Source: an uncultured Candidatus Saccharibacteria bacterium (GTDB lineage Bacteria > Patescibacteriota > Minisyncoccia > Phycocordibacterales > Phycocordibacteraceae). From it: a stretch of DNA of 24,969 nucleotides. The position numbers were made by a program, and so were the translations under genes. Below, piece by piece: positions 8,432-16,571 of the stretch; within the stretch, counting starts at the first letter, position 1, and each line of letters starts with the position of its first letter. The stretch covers positions 1 through 24,969 of the forward strand of contig CAZVJX010000001.1 in NCBI GenBank assembly GCA_964627575.1. The letters are read 5' to 3'. The notes beneath the pieces were generated by a model, which saw only the letters and a list, made by a program, of their open reading frames with translations, did not search any database and had not been told where the DNA came from.

Positions 8432-9400
8432 ATGGAATATCACATTACGCTCCCGTCCAAGCCCCGCATCGTTTCCGAGGAAGGGCTCCAGGGCATTTAC
8501 GAGATCGATTCCCTCTACCCGGGATACGGCCACACGCTTGGTAACTCGCTGCGCCGCATCGTGCTCTCTTCGCTTTCCGGCGCCGCCGTCACCTCGGTGA
8601 AGATCGAGGGCATCCAGCATGAGTTCGCCACCATCGAGGGCGTCCGCGAGTCGGTCATGGAAATTCTCCTCAACCTGAAGCGCGTGCACTTCGGCCTCCT
8701 CGGCGACGAGCCGCAGACCATCCGCCTTTCCGTGAAGGGCCCGAAGTCCGTCACCGCCGCTGACCTCACGCTCCCGAGCCAGGTGACCGTTACCAACCCG
8801 GACCAGCACATCTGCGACGTCGCGGGCAAGATCTCGCTCGAGCTCGAGGCGACCATCGAGCGCGGCCTCGGCTACGTGCCGCGCGAGGTGCTCACGAAGG
8901 AGAAGGTGGACATCGGTACCATCGCGCTCGACGCGACCTTCACTCCGATCCGCCGCGTGAACTACGAGGTAGAGAACATGCGCGTCGGCGACCGCACCGA
9001 TTTCAACCGCCTCCGCATCCTCATCGAGACCAACGGCACCCTCACGCCGCGCGAGGCGCTCGAGAAGTCCATCGAGATCATGATCCATCAGCTGAAGGCC
9101 ATCGTCGGCTTCCAGGAGGAAGAGGTTTCGACCGCCTCCGCCGCTGAGTTCGATGGCGACCTCATGGGCATGCCGGCTCCGGCGGCAGACGCCAAGGACC
9201 CGGCGAAGGTGAAGGTCGAGGACCTCGGCCTCTCCGCCCGCGTAGCAAGCGCGCTTGCCGATAACGGCGTTAAGACCGCCGCCGGTCTCGCCCGCAAGAC
9301 CCCGAGCGCCCTCAAGGAGCTCGACGGCATCGGCGACAAGGCGATCGAGGACATCGAGAAGTCTCTTGAGACGCTCGGCCTCACGCTCAAAGGCGAGTAA
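8432..9400 (+). CDS. rpoA: RNA polymerase alpha subunit
   Basis: GYGHTLGNSLRRIVLSSL, HEFATIEGVRE, IERGLGYVP, ENMRVGDRTDFNRL. Confidence 0.98.
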   Translation: MEYHITLPSKPRIVSEEGLQGIYEIDSLYPGYGHTLGNSLRRIVLSSLSGAAVTSVKIEGIQHEFATIEGVRESVMEILLNLKRVHFGLLGDEPQTIRLSVKGPKSVTAADLTLPSQVTVTNPDQHICDVAGKISLELEATIERGLGYVPREVLTKEKVDIGTIALDATFTPIRRVNYEVENMRVGDRTDFNRLRILIETNGTLTPREALEKSIEIMIHQLKAIVGFQEEEVSTASAAEFDGDLMGMPAPAADAKDPAKVKVEDLGLSARVASALADNGVKTAAGLARKTPSALKELDGIGDKAIEDIEKSLETLGLTLKGE

Positions 9401-9449
9401 TAATTGAGAAAGTAAGCGACTCGTGATAGGGTACTTCAACTAAAACGTT

Positions 9450-9803
9450 ATGCGACACAGCCACAAAGGACGCAGTTTCAACCGCTCGCACGATCAGCGC
9501 GAGGCGCTTCTTCGTGGTCTCGCGAAATCCCTCATCATCCATGAGCGCATCTCGACCACCGAGGCGAAGGCCAAGGAGCTCCGCCCGATCATCGAGAAGC
9601 TCGTGACCGCCTCGCGCACCAATACGGTCGCGAACCGCCGCCTCGTCGCCGCTCGCCTCGGCAATGACGAGGAGGCCGTGAAGAAGCTCTTCTCGGCTAT
9701 CGCGCCGCGCTATGTGGACCGCGCCGGCGGCTACACGCGCATCATTAAGCGTTCGGCGACCGCTACCGACGGCCGCAAGACCGCGTACATCTCTTTCGTT
9801 TAA
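9450..9803 (+). CDS. rplQ: 50S ribosomal protein L17
   Basis: MRH...HERISTTEAKAKELRPIIEKLVT, RAGGYTRIIK. Confidence 0.98.
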   Translation: MRHSHKGRSFNRSHDQREALLRGLAKSLIIHERISTTEAKAKELRPIIEKLVTASRTNTVANRRLVAARLGNDEEAVKKLFSAIAPRYVDRAGGYTRIIKRSATATDGRKTAYISFV

Positions 9804-9807
9804 GCTT

Positions 9808-10209
9808 ATGGCAGTTACCCCAAAGACCACGAATAAGGGCGGATACGTACAGGCAGGTGATCGACGGATCTACACGCTCGATGCGTCCGGCCAGTCCCTT
9901 GGCCGCCTCGCGAGCGAGGCCGCATCCATCCTGCTCGGCAAGAAGTCCGCGCAGTACGTCCAGAACGAGGTCCTCCCGGTGGAGGTCCGCGTCGAGAACC
10001 TCGACAAGCTCCGCCTCACCGAGAAGCGCGTGGCAATGAAGGAGTACACGCATTACACCGGCTATCCGGGCGGTCTCCGCACCACCTCCATGGAGATGCT
10101 CATGGAGAAGAAGGGCATCGAGGAGGTCTTCCGCAGGACCGTGGACGGCATGATCCCGCGCAACAAGCTCCGCAAGGAGCGCATGAAGCGCCTCGTTATC
10201 GTTAAGTAA
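9808..10209 (+). CDS. rplM: 50S ribosomal protein L13 (short C-terminus)
   Basis: Start reassigned to ATG 9808. DASGQSLGRLASEAA.ILLGK, HYTGYPGGL, VDGMIPRNKL. Confidence 0.95.
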   Translation: MAVTPKTTNKGGYVQAGDRRIYTLDASGQSLGRLASEAASILLGKKSAQYVQNEVLPVEVRVENLDKLRLTEKRVAMKEYTHYTGYPGGLRTTSMEMLMEKKGIEEVFRRTVDGMIPRNKLRKERMKRLVIVK

Positions 10210-10213
10210 TAGT

Positions 10214-10621
10214 ATGGCTACGAACACCTACACTACGGCCGTCGGCCGCCGCAAGACTGCAAGCGCTCGCGTGAAGCTCACGCCAGCCGCAAAGAGCTCC
10301 GTCACGGTCAACGGCATGCCGTCCCGCGACTACTTCGGCACCGACGAACGCGACTCCATCACCATGGACGTCTTCAAGACACTCGAGACCAAGCAGAACT
10401 ACCAGGTCGAGGCCCGCGTCCAGGGCGGCGGTAAGAACGCCCAGGCAGAGGCGGTCCGCCATGCCATCGCGCGCGCCATTACCGACGCGAACGCCGAAGG
10501 TCTCATGGCCCGCCCGGTCCTCAAGAAGGCCGGCTACCTGAAGCGCGATCCGCGCCACGTGGAGCGCAAGAAGCCGGGTCTCCTCAAGGCTCGCAAGCGT
10601 CCGTCGTGGAGTAAGCGCTAG
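10214..10621 (+). CDS. rpsI: 30S ribosomal protein S9
   Basis: GRRKTASARV, VQGGGKNAQAEAVRHAIARA, RDPRHVERKKPGLLKARKRPSWSKR. Confidence 0.98.
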   Translation: MATNTYTTAVGRRKTASARVKLTPAAKSSVTVNGMPSRDYFGTDERDSITMDVFKTLETKQNYQVEARVQGGGKNAQAEAVRHAIARAITDANAEGLMARPVLKKAGYLKRDPRHVERKKPGLLKARKRPSWSKR

Positions 10622-10629
10622 AACACTTT

Positions 10630-10658
10630 ACAAAACCGCCGAAAGGCGGTTTTGTTTT
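10630..10658 (+). terminator. Intrinsic terminator after rpsI
   Basis: ACAAAACCGCC-GAAA-GGCGGTTTTGT perfect 11-bp stem with GNRA loop, followed by T residues. Confidence 0.9.
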
Positions 10659-10661
10659 AAT

Positions 10662-11543
10662 ATGAAGCCTAGCAGCTCACTAAAAAATATTTGGTGGCTT
10701 TCACTTCTAGTGGTCCTAACGGCCGCGTATTTTCTTGGATTCTTTCATAATCTTTCTGCCTCGGCACAAACGATGCTTGTGGCACTTTGGGTCATACTAG
10801 TCCTTTATCCTTTGTTCGCGGAAATTACACTTCTCGGTATAAATGTAAAAAAGGAGATTGAGGAGGCAAAAACTGAGCTCAAGGCATTTATTTCGGACAT
10901 ACATAATTCGAATACTTTTCAGCCCGTTATTAATATCTCCACTTCTCGAGCTAATTCTCAGGAATACCAGAAAAAGGCCGAGCAGGACATCGCAATAGAG
11001 GAAAAGGAGGAGAGGGGAGAGGTGGTGACATATGACGAACCCACGTTCCGTTTCGAAGAAACTGAAAGGAACCAAGCAGAGCCTGTTTCTGAAGCGGCAA
11101 AAAGGCGCTTGCAGAGAACGTTAATGGTTGAGAAGGAAGTCTCCAATCTCATGACAAGACAATGGATGGGACAGTATCAATCGCAAGTAAAAATTACCGA
11201 GCACACGAAAGGAAAATCAATCATCGTAGACGGAGTTTTGTATGAGGGTGATGTCTCTGGTCCGATAAAGGAAATTGTGGAGATAAAGCTAATAACGGAA
11301 AAATCCTTCCCAAACTTCCATTATATTCTCTCCCGCACAGTAAATCGCCTGTATAGGTTTGGTTTACGCATCCCTGTACGTTTTATTGTCGTGTCCGAAG
11401 AAATGAACACACTGGTCGCAAAGGACATCATTAAACAGCTTACGGGGCTGATAAATGAGAGTTTGTCTAATTCGCTATGGGAAAAAATCACAATTGAGTT
11501 TTTTAAGTTTGAGGAGGGAAAATTGATAAAGGTTGCGCTGTAA
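10662..11543 (+). CDS. AT-rich hypothetical protein: N-terminal 2 TM, C-terminal PD-(D/E)xK-like nuclease motif
   Basis: TM segments IWWLSLLVVLTAAYFLGFF and MLVALWVILVLYPLFAEITLLGI. Motif IVDGVL...IVEIKL (D at 11229, E-I-K at 11280-11288). Sample line 10801-10860 is 21/60 G+C versus 39/60 in dnaK 13741-13800. Confidence 0.7.
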   Translation: MKPSSSLKNIWWLSLLVVLTAAYFLGFFHNLSASAQTMLVALWVILVLYPLFAEITLLGINVKKEIEEAKTELKAFISDIHNSNTFQPVINISTSRANSQEYQKKAEQDIAIEEKEERGEVVTYDEPTFRFEETERNQAEPVSEAAKRRLQRTLMVEKEVSNLMTRQWMGQYQSQVKITEHTKGKSIIVDGVLYEGDVSGPIKEIVEIKLITEKSFPNFHYILSRTVNRLYRFGLRIPVRFIVVSEEMNTLVAKDIIKQLTGLINESLSNSLWEKITIEFFKFEEGKLIKVAL

Positions 11544-11578
11544 AATACCAATCAATAGGTCGTGTATACTGAAATACT

Positions 11579-12064
11579 ATGAAAAATTGGCAGCGATATC
11601 TCGTTATCATCCTCGTCGCGGTAGTCGCCGGCGGGGCAGCATACGGCTATTACCAGTACCAGAAGGCGCACTCCTCGAGCTCCGACACCGCGCAGGTGCG
11701 CATCATCGTCGCGGGCCTCGGCGATAATCTTGTGAAGGTCCCGCTCATCGCTCCTTCGAACGTGGTGGACTTCGCGATGGACCAGTACTACGCGCAGTAT
11801 GTCCGCCCGGACCTCCTCTCGGCATGGAAGAACGATCCGATGAGCGCTCCCGGCCGCCTCACCTCGAGTCCCTGGCCGGATAGCATCGAAGTCACCGGCA
11901 TCACCAAGAGGGACGCGGATACCTACGTCGTGAACGCGAGCATCATTGAGGTTGCGCACGGCGCCTCTGGCACTACGACCGAGACGGTGAGCAAGGATCC
12001 TGTCAGCTTCACGCTCTCGCGCGGCCCCGACGGCTGGCAGATCAGCGGGTACGAGAAGCGCTAG
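11579..12064 (+). CDS. Membrane-anchored/secreted hypothetical protein
   Basis: N-terminal TM (YLVIILVAVVAGGAAYGYY). Core YAQYVRPDLLSAWKNDPMSAPGRLTSSPWPDSIEV. TATACT lies 8 nt upstream (11565-11570). Confidence 0.85.
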   Translation: MKNWQRYLVIILVAVVAGGAAYGYYQYQKAHSSSSDTAQVRIIVAGLGDNLVKVPLIAPSNVVDFAMDQYYAQYVRPDLLSAWKNDPMSAPGRLTSSPWPDSIEVTGITKRDADTYVVNASIIEVAHGASGTTTETVSKDPVSFTLSRGPDGWQISGYEKR

Positions 12065-12078
12065 CGAGCGGCTTCAGA

Positions 12079-12087
12079 TTATCCCCA
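12079..12087 (+). promoter_or_regulatory. DnaA-box-like 9-mer (TTATCCCCA, 1 mismatch)
   Basis: One mismatch to TTATCCACA; intergenic. Confidence 0.3.
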
Positions 12088-12121
12088 AGAGCGGCGCTTC
12101 CAGCGCCGCTCTTGCTATTTT
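12086..12121 (+). terminator. Intrinsic terminator
   Basis: CAAGAGCGGCGCT-TCC-AGCGCCGCTCTTG 13-bp stem, then CTATTTT. Confidence 0.8.
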
Positions 12122-12168
12122 AAAAGATGTTGCGTAATATTACTGCAGGGTTCAACAGGGAGAGGCAC

Positions 12169-12405
12169 ATGTTCCAAGAAATCGTACGGATCGCGGCGCC
12201 CTTGTTTCTGATGCTCGATCTCATGGGCATCGGGCTGTTCTGCAACATCTATCTGGGGGCGCGGGATCAGCAGGCCACCCTGGAGATGCTGAGTAACGGC
12301 ATGCTCCGCTGGCGGTGGCTCATCTACCTCCTGATTCTCGTCACCGTCGTGCTGCTCAGCTTGGATGCGTCGTTCACGACCCATTCGCACGGGCTGCACC
12401 CCTAG
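12169..12405 (+). CDS. Small hypothetical membrane protein (2 TM)
   Basis: ATG 12169 after purine-rich GGGAGAGG (ATG 12127 is an alternative). Hydrophobic IAAPLFLMLDLMGIGLFCNIYLG and WLIYLLILVTVVLLSL. Followed by a terminator. Confidence 0.6.
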   Translation: MFQEIVRIAAPLFLMLDLMGIGLFCNIYLGARDQQATLEMLSNGMLRWRWLIYLLILVTVVLLSLDASFTTHSHGLHP

Positions 12406-12420
12406 TCCATCCGCACCATC

Positions 12421-12453
12421 GGTCCCGATCGCAAGATCGGGACCTTGCCTTTT
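12421..12453 (+). terminator. Intrinsic terminator upstream of the grpE promoter
   Basis: GGTCCCGATC-GCAA-GATCGGGACC perfect 10-bp stem, then TTGCCTTTT. Confidence 0.75.
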
Positions 12454-12480
12454 GACTCTCGCCCTTCGCTCGGGCATATT
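12452..12480 (+). promoter_or_regulatory. grpE promoter (TTGACT-17 nt-CATATT)
   Basis: Canonical -35/-10 spacing, 6 nt before ATG 12487. Confidence 0.6.
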
Positions 12481-12486
12481 CAATGC

Positions 12487-13014
12487 ATGGAAGATGACGT
12501 TATCATCGAGACCGACGGCAACGAGGAGCTCGGCGGGCCGCGCAAGGACCCGAACGACAAGCTCGCGAAGCTGAAGGCCGAGCTCGAGCAGGCAAAGAAA
12601 GAGAAGCAGGAATACCTCGACGGCTGGCAGCGCGCCAAGGCCGATTACGTGAACGCGCTGAAGCGATTCGAGGAAGAGAAAGCGGCTGCCCAGAAAAAAG
12701 GGGTGGCGAAGTCCGCGAAGGCGTTCATCGGAGTCATTGACTCGCTCGAGCGCGCCGAGGCGCACGGCGACATCCCGGAATCGTTCCAGGGGATCGCCAG
12801 GCAGCTCCATGACGCCGCGAGCTCGCTCGGACTTACGAAATTCGGCGCGGCAGGGGAGCCATTCGATCCGATGCATCACGAAGCGCTCGGCCAGGACCCG
12901 GTGGATTCAGCGGATGAGGACGATACCGTCACCGCGGTGCTCGAGACCGGCTGGAAGGCAGGGGAGGAGGTCATCCGTCCCGCCAAGGTCCGTGTGGGGC
13001 ATTTCGAGGGCTAA
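12487..13014 (+). CDS. grpE: Nucleotide exchange factor GrpE
   Basis: YLDGWQRAKADYVN, FDPMHHEAL, VLETGW...VIRPAKVRVG. Start reassigned to ATG 12487. Confidence 0.96.
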   Translation: MEDDVIIETDGNEELGGPRKDPNDKLAKLKAELEQAKKEKQEYLDGWQRAKADYVNALKRFEEEKAAAQKKGVAKSAKAFIGVIDSLERAEAHGDIPESFQGIARQLHDAASSLGLTKFGAAGEPFDPMHHEALGQDPVDSADEDDTVTAVLETGWKAGEEVIRPAKVRVGHFEG

Positions 13015-13043
13015 CTTGAAGCCTTCACACGGCAAGCGTAAAA

Positions 13044-13052
13044 TGTGGATAA
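13044..13052 (-). promoter_or_regulatory. Perfect DnaA box (TGTGGATAA = reverse complement of TTATCCACA)
   Basis: Exact consensus in the grpE-dnaK spacer. Confidence 0.55.
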
Positions 13053-13108
13053 CCGGGCGCGGGAAGAAGTGCGATTTACGTATTACAAACCGATAAGAAG
13101 CATTTGAA

Positions 13109-15004
13109 ATGGCAAAGATACTTGGCATCGATCTGGGCACGACCAATTCCGCGATGGCCATCATGGAAGGCGGCGAACCGCGCGTCCTCGAGAACGCTGA
13201 GGGCGGCCGCACTACGCCGTCCATCGTCGCCATCGCCAAGAACGGCGAGCGTCTCGTAGGTACCCTCGCCAAGCGCCAGGCCGTCACCAACCCCAAGAAC
13301 ACCATCTACGGCATCAAGCGCTTCATGGGCCACCGCTTCGCGGACGAGGCGGTCCAGAAGGACAAGGACATCGTGCCGTACACGGTTGCGGCAGGCACGG
13401 ACGGCGGCGTGCTCGTGCACCTGGGCGACAAGGACTACCGTCCGGAGGAAGTCTCCGCGATGATCCTCGGTAAGCTGAAGGCCGACGCGGAAGCGAAGCT
13501 CGGTGAGAAGATCACCGAGGCGGTCATCACCGTCCCCGCCTACTTCGACGATACCCAGCGCGCGGCGACCAAGGCCGCAGGCGAGGTCGCCGGTCTCGAC
13601 GTGAAGCGCATCATCAACGAGCCGACCGCGGCCGCGCTCGCGTACGGCTTCAACAAGAAGAAAGACGAGAAGATCGCCGTGTACGACTTCGGCGGCGGCA
13701 CCTTCGACGTCTCCATCCTCGAGGTGGGCGACGACGTCATCGAGGTGAAGTCCACGGACGGCGACAGCCACATGGGCGGCCGCGACATCGACCAGAAGAT
13801 CGTCCGCTGGCTCGCCGACGAATTCAAGAAGCAGTCCGGCCTCGACATCACGAAGGACCCGCTCGCGCTCCAGCGCCTCGATGAGGCCGCGGAGAAGGCC
13901 AAGCACGAGCTTTCGAGCGCATCCGAGACCGAGGTAAACATTCCCTTCATTACCGTCGGTTCGGACGGCACGCCCCAGCACCTCCTCATCAAGATGAGCC
14001 GCGCGGCGCTCGAAAGCCTCGCGGAGGAGTACGTGACCCGCTCCGTGGATATCACCAAGCGCGCCCTCGAAGCCGCCGGCATGAAGCCGTCCGACATCAA
14101 CGAGATCGTCATGGTCGGCGGCCAGACGCGCATGCCGCTCATCCAGCAGAAGGTGAAGGAACTATTCGGCAAGGACCTTCATATGGGCGTCAACCCGGAC
14201 GAGGTGGTGGCCATCGGCGCCGCCATCCAGGCCGGCATCCTCCAGGGCGATGTGAAGGACATCCTCCTCGTGGACGTCATCCCGCTCTCCCTTTCCATCG
14301 AGACCATGGGCGGCGTCGCGACCAAGCTCATCGAGCGCAACACCGCCATCCCGACCTCCCGCAGCCAGACCTTCTCGACGGCGAGCGACAACCAGACTTC
14401 GGTCGAGATCCACGTGGCGCAGGGCGAACGCGCCATGAGCGCCGACAACAAGTCCCTCGGCAAGTTCATGCTCGACGGCATTCCGCCCGCGCCGCGCGGC
14501 ATGCCGCAGGTGGAGGTGACCTTCGACGTGGACAGTAACGGCATTCTCACCGTGAAGGCCAAGGAGAAGACCACCGGCAAGGAGCAGTCCATCCGTATCG
14601 AGGGCTCCACCGGCCTTTCGCAGGCCGACATCGACAAGATGAAGGCGGACGCGGAGGCGCATGCGGCGGACGACCAGAAGCGCAAGGATCTCGTGGAGGC
14701 TAAGAATATCGCCGAGCAGCTCATCTACACCGCCGAGAAGGCCGTGAAGGACGCGGGCGACAAGGCGCCGGCAGAGACGGTGACCGAGGTGAACGAGAAA
14801 GTCGCCGCGCTCCGCACTGCCCGCGAGGGCGATAGCGTAGACGCCATCAAGGCCGCGTCCGACGCGCTCTCCGCATCGCTTTCGAAGATCGGCGAGGCGA
14901 TGATGAAGAGCGACGGCGCGCAGGGAGCGGAAGGGAACCAGACTCCGCCCGACTCCGCAGGTCCCACCGACGCGGAATTCACCGAGAAGCCCCCCGAGGC
15001 ATAG
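13109..15004 (+). CDS. dnaK: Chaperone DnaK
   Basis: [66 protein letters not shown]. Confidence 0.99.
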   Translation: MAKILGIDLGTTNSAMAIMEGGEPRVLENAEGGRTTPSIVAIAKNGERLVGTLAKRQAVTNPKNTIYGIKRFMGHRFADEAVQKDKDIVPYTVAAGTDGGVLVHLGDKDYRPEEVSAMILGKLKADAEAKLGEKITEAVITVPAYFDDTQRAATKAAGEVAGLDVKRIINEPTAAALAYGFNKKKDEKIAVYDFGGGTFDVSILEVGDDVIEVKSTDGDSHMGGRDIDQKIVRWLADEFKKQSGLDITKDPLALQRLDEAAEKAKHELSSASETEVNIPFITVGSDGTPQHLLIKMSRAALESLAEEYVTRSVDITKRALEAAGMKPSDINEIVMVGGQTRMPLIQQKVKELFGKDLHMGVNPDEVVAIGAAIQAGILQGDVKDILLVDVIPLSLSIETMGGVATKLIERNTAIPTSRSQTFSTASDNQTSVEIHVAQGERAMSADNKSLGKFMLDGIPPAPRGMPQVEVTFDVDSNGILTVKAKEKTTGKEQSIRIEGSTGLSQADIDKMKADAEAHAADDQKRKDLVEAKNIAEQLIYTAEKAVKDAGDKAPAETVTEVNEKVAALRTAREGDSVDAIKAASDALSASLSKIGEAMMKSDGAQGAEGNQTPPDSAGPTDAEFTEKPPEA

Positions 15005-15007
15005 GAA

Positions 15008-15040
15008 AAGCGGTCCCGTACGGGACCGCTTCTTCTTTTC
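15008..15040 (+). terminator. Intrinsic terminator after dnaK
   Basis: AAGCGGTCCCGTACGGGACCGCTT perfect 24-nt palindrome, then CTTCTTTT. Confidence 0.85.
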
Positions 15041-15080
15041 CCAGACCCGGGTTATATAGGAGGGAGAAGGAGAACCCGTC

Positions 15081-15422
15081 ATGGACATGAGGACCGATAC
15101 CGCTTCCTGCGATATCCGCAAGGGAAGCCTCGTGCTGTTCGCCGAGCATCTGGACGACCCGGTCAATGACGCGTCGCTCCAAGCCCACCGCACGCTCTAC
15201 CACAAGGAGTACGGACCCGGGCCGTATCGCGTCGTCGCGATCGTCCCCCTGCCATGCAGGAAGGTTTCCCCCTGCATGTCTGCGTACGCGCTGCGTCTGG
15301 AGACCCTGAATCACCAGCCCATCCTGCATCGCGGCCTCATCCATCCGGATGAGCGCATCTCGAGCCGGCCGGAAGAAACCCAATTCAACCGGGGATGGTT
15401 TGTTCTTGCTTACGAAAGCTAG
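15081..15422 (+). CDS. Hypothetical protein (113 aa) between dnaK and dnaJ
   Basis: SD-like AGGAG upstream. Bracketed by two terminators. Beta-strand-like pattern KGSLVLF...GPYRVVAI...FNRGWFV. Confidence 0.65.
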   Translation: MDMRTDTASCDIRKGSLVLFAEHLDDPVNDASLQAHRTLYHKEYGPGPYRVVAIVPLPCRKVSPCMSAYALRLETLNHQPILHRGLIHPDERISSRPEETQFNRGWFVLAYES

Positions 15423-15429
15423 CGCCTAG

Positions 15430-15461
15430 ACGCCGCCTTGTGCAACCGGGGCGGCGTTTTG
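15430..15461 (+). terminator. Intrinsic terminator upstream of dnaJ
   Basis: ACGCCGCC (15430-15437) / GGCGGCGT (15450-15457) stem followed by TTT. Confidence 0.65.
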
Positions 15462-15476
15462 TTATAGTGACCACCT

Positions 15477-16547
15477 ATGGCGAAGAACTACTACGAAACG
15501 CTCGGCGTGGACAAGAAAGCCACGCAGGACGACATCAAGAAGGCCTTCCGTAAGCTCGCCCAGAAGTACCATCCCGACAAGGGCAACGGCGACGAAGCGA
15601 AGTTCAAGGAGATAACCGAGGCGTACGCCATTTTGAGCGATGAACGCAAGCGCCGCGAGTACGACTCCTACGGCCAGACCTTCGCGGGCGGGGGAGCGGG
15701 CGGCTTCGGCTTCGACCCCTCCCAGTTCCAGGGCGGCTTCAACGGCGTCGAGTTCGACCTGAACGACCTCTTCGAGGGCTTCGGTGATATCTTCGGCGGC
15801 AGCATGGGGCGCCGGACCCGCATGAAGCGCGGACGCGACATCTCGGTAGATATCGAAGTCACTTTCAAGGAGTCCATCCTGGGCGGCAAGCGCTCCGTGC
15901 TCATCAGCAAGGTAGACAAGTGCGAGATCTGCGAGGGCAGCGGCGCGAAGCCCGGCACGGAGATGGAGGCCTGCAAGACCTGCAACGGCGCCGGCCGCAT
16001 CCACGAGACGCGCCAGACCATCATGGGCACCATCCAGACCCAGAGCATCTGTCCGACCTGCGAAGGCAGCGGCAAGGTCCCCAAGGAGAAGTGCGAGAAC
16101 TGCAAGGGCCACGGCGTCCTGAAGCGCGAGGCGGAGATCAACATAGACATCCCGCGCGGCATCGAGGGCGGGGAAATGATCCGCATGCCGGGCATGGGCG
16201 AGGCAATCAAGGGCGGCGTTTCCGGCGACCTGTACGTGAAGGTGCACGTAAAGCCCCATCCGGTCTTCCGCAAGGACGGCCCGAACCTCACCATGGAGCT
16301 CCCCGTGAAGCTCACGGACGCGCTCCTGGGCACCACGGTCTCCGTCACCACCATCGAGGATAAGGTGCTCGAGGTGAAGGTGCCCCCGATGACGAAGACT
16401 GAGGAGATCCTGCGCATCCGTGGCAAGGGCGTCAATTACGGCGAAGGCACCGGCGACCTCCTCATCCGCGTCACCGCCATCCTCCCCAAGAAACTCTCGA
16501 CGAAAGCCAAGCGCGCCATTGAGGACCTGAAATCCGAGGGATTGTAG
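15477..16547 (+). CDS. dnaJ: Chaperone DnaJ
   Basis: J-domain with HPD, G/F region, four CxxCxGxG repeats, C-terminal GDLYV and GDLLI motifs. TGt-TATAGT lies 8 nt upstream (15460-15468). Confidence 0.98.
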   Translation: MAKNYYETLGVDKKATQDDIKKAFRKLAQKYHPDKGNGDEAKFKEITEAYAILSDERKRREYDSYGQTFAGGGAGGFGFDPSQFQGGFNGVEFDLNDLFEGFGDIFGGSMGRRTRMKRGRDISVDIEVTFKESILGGKRSVLISKVDKCEICEGSGAKPGTEMEACKTCNGAGRIHETRQTIMGTIQTQSICPTCEGSGKVPKEKCENCKGHGVLKREAEINIDIPRGIEGGEMIRMPGMGEAIKGGVSGDLYVKVHVKPHPVFRKDGPNLTMELPVKLTDALLGTTVSVTTIEDKVLEVKVPPMTKTEEILRIRGKGVNYGEGTGDLLIRVTAILPKKLSTKAKRAIEDLKSEGL

Positions 16548-16571
16548 ACGTTCGGGTATACTACAGGTCCT

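Noticed and set aside
197-12486. Upstream-extended starts in the ORF track (197, 1919, 6494, 9712, 12445, and similarly 18927)
   Set aside because: The extensions overlap upstream genes, terminators or promoters. Downstream ATGs (323, 2039, 6536, 9808, 12487, 18975) fit homology and promoter spacing.
13076-15193. Long minus-strand ORFs antisense to dnaK (13076-13981, 14162-15193)
   Set aside because: These are the well-known shadow frames of dnaK, often mis-annotated as NAD-specific glutamate dehydrogenase. They arise from codon bias in GC-rich Hsp70 genes.
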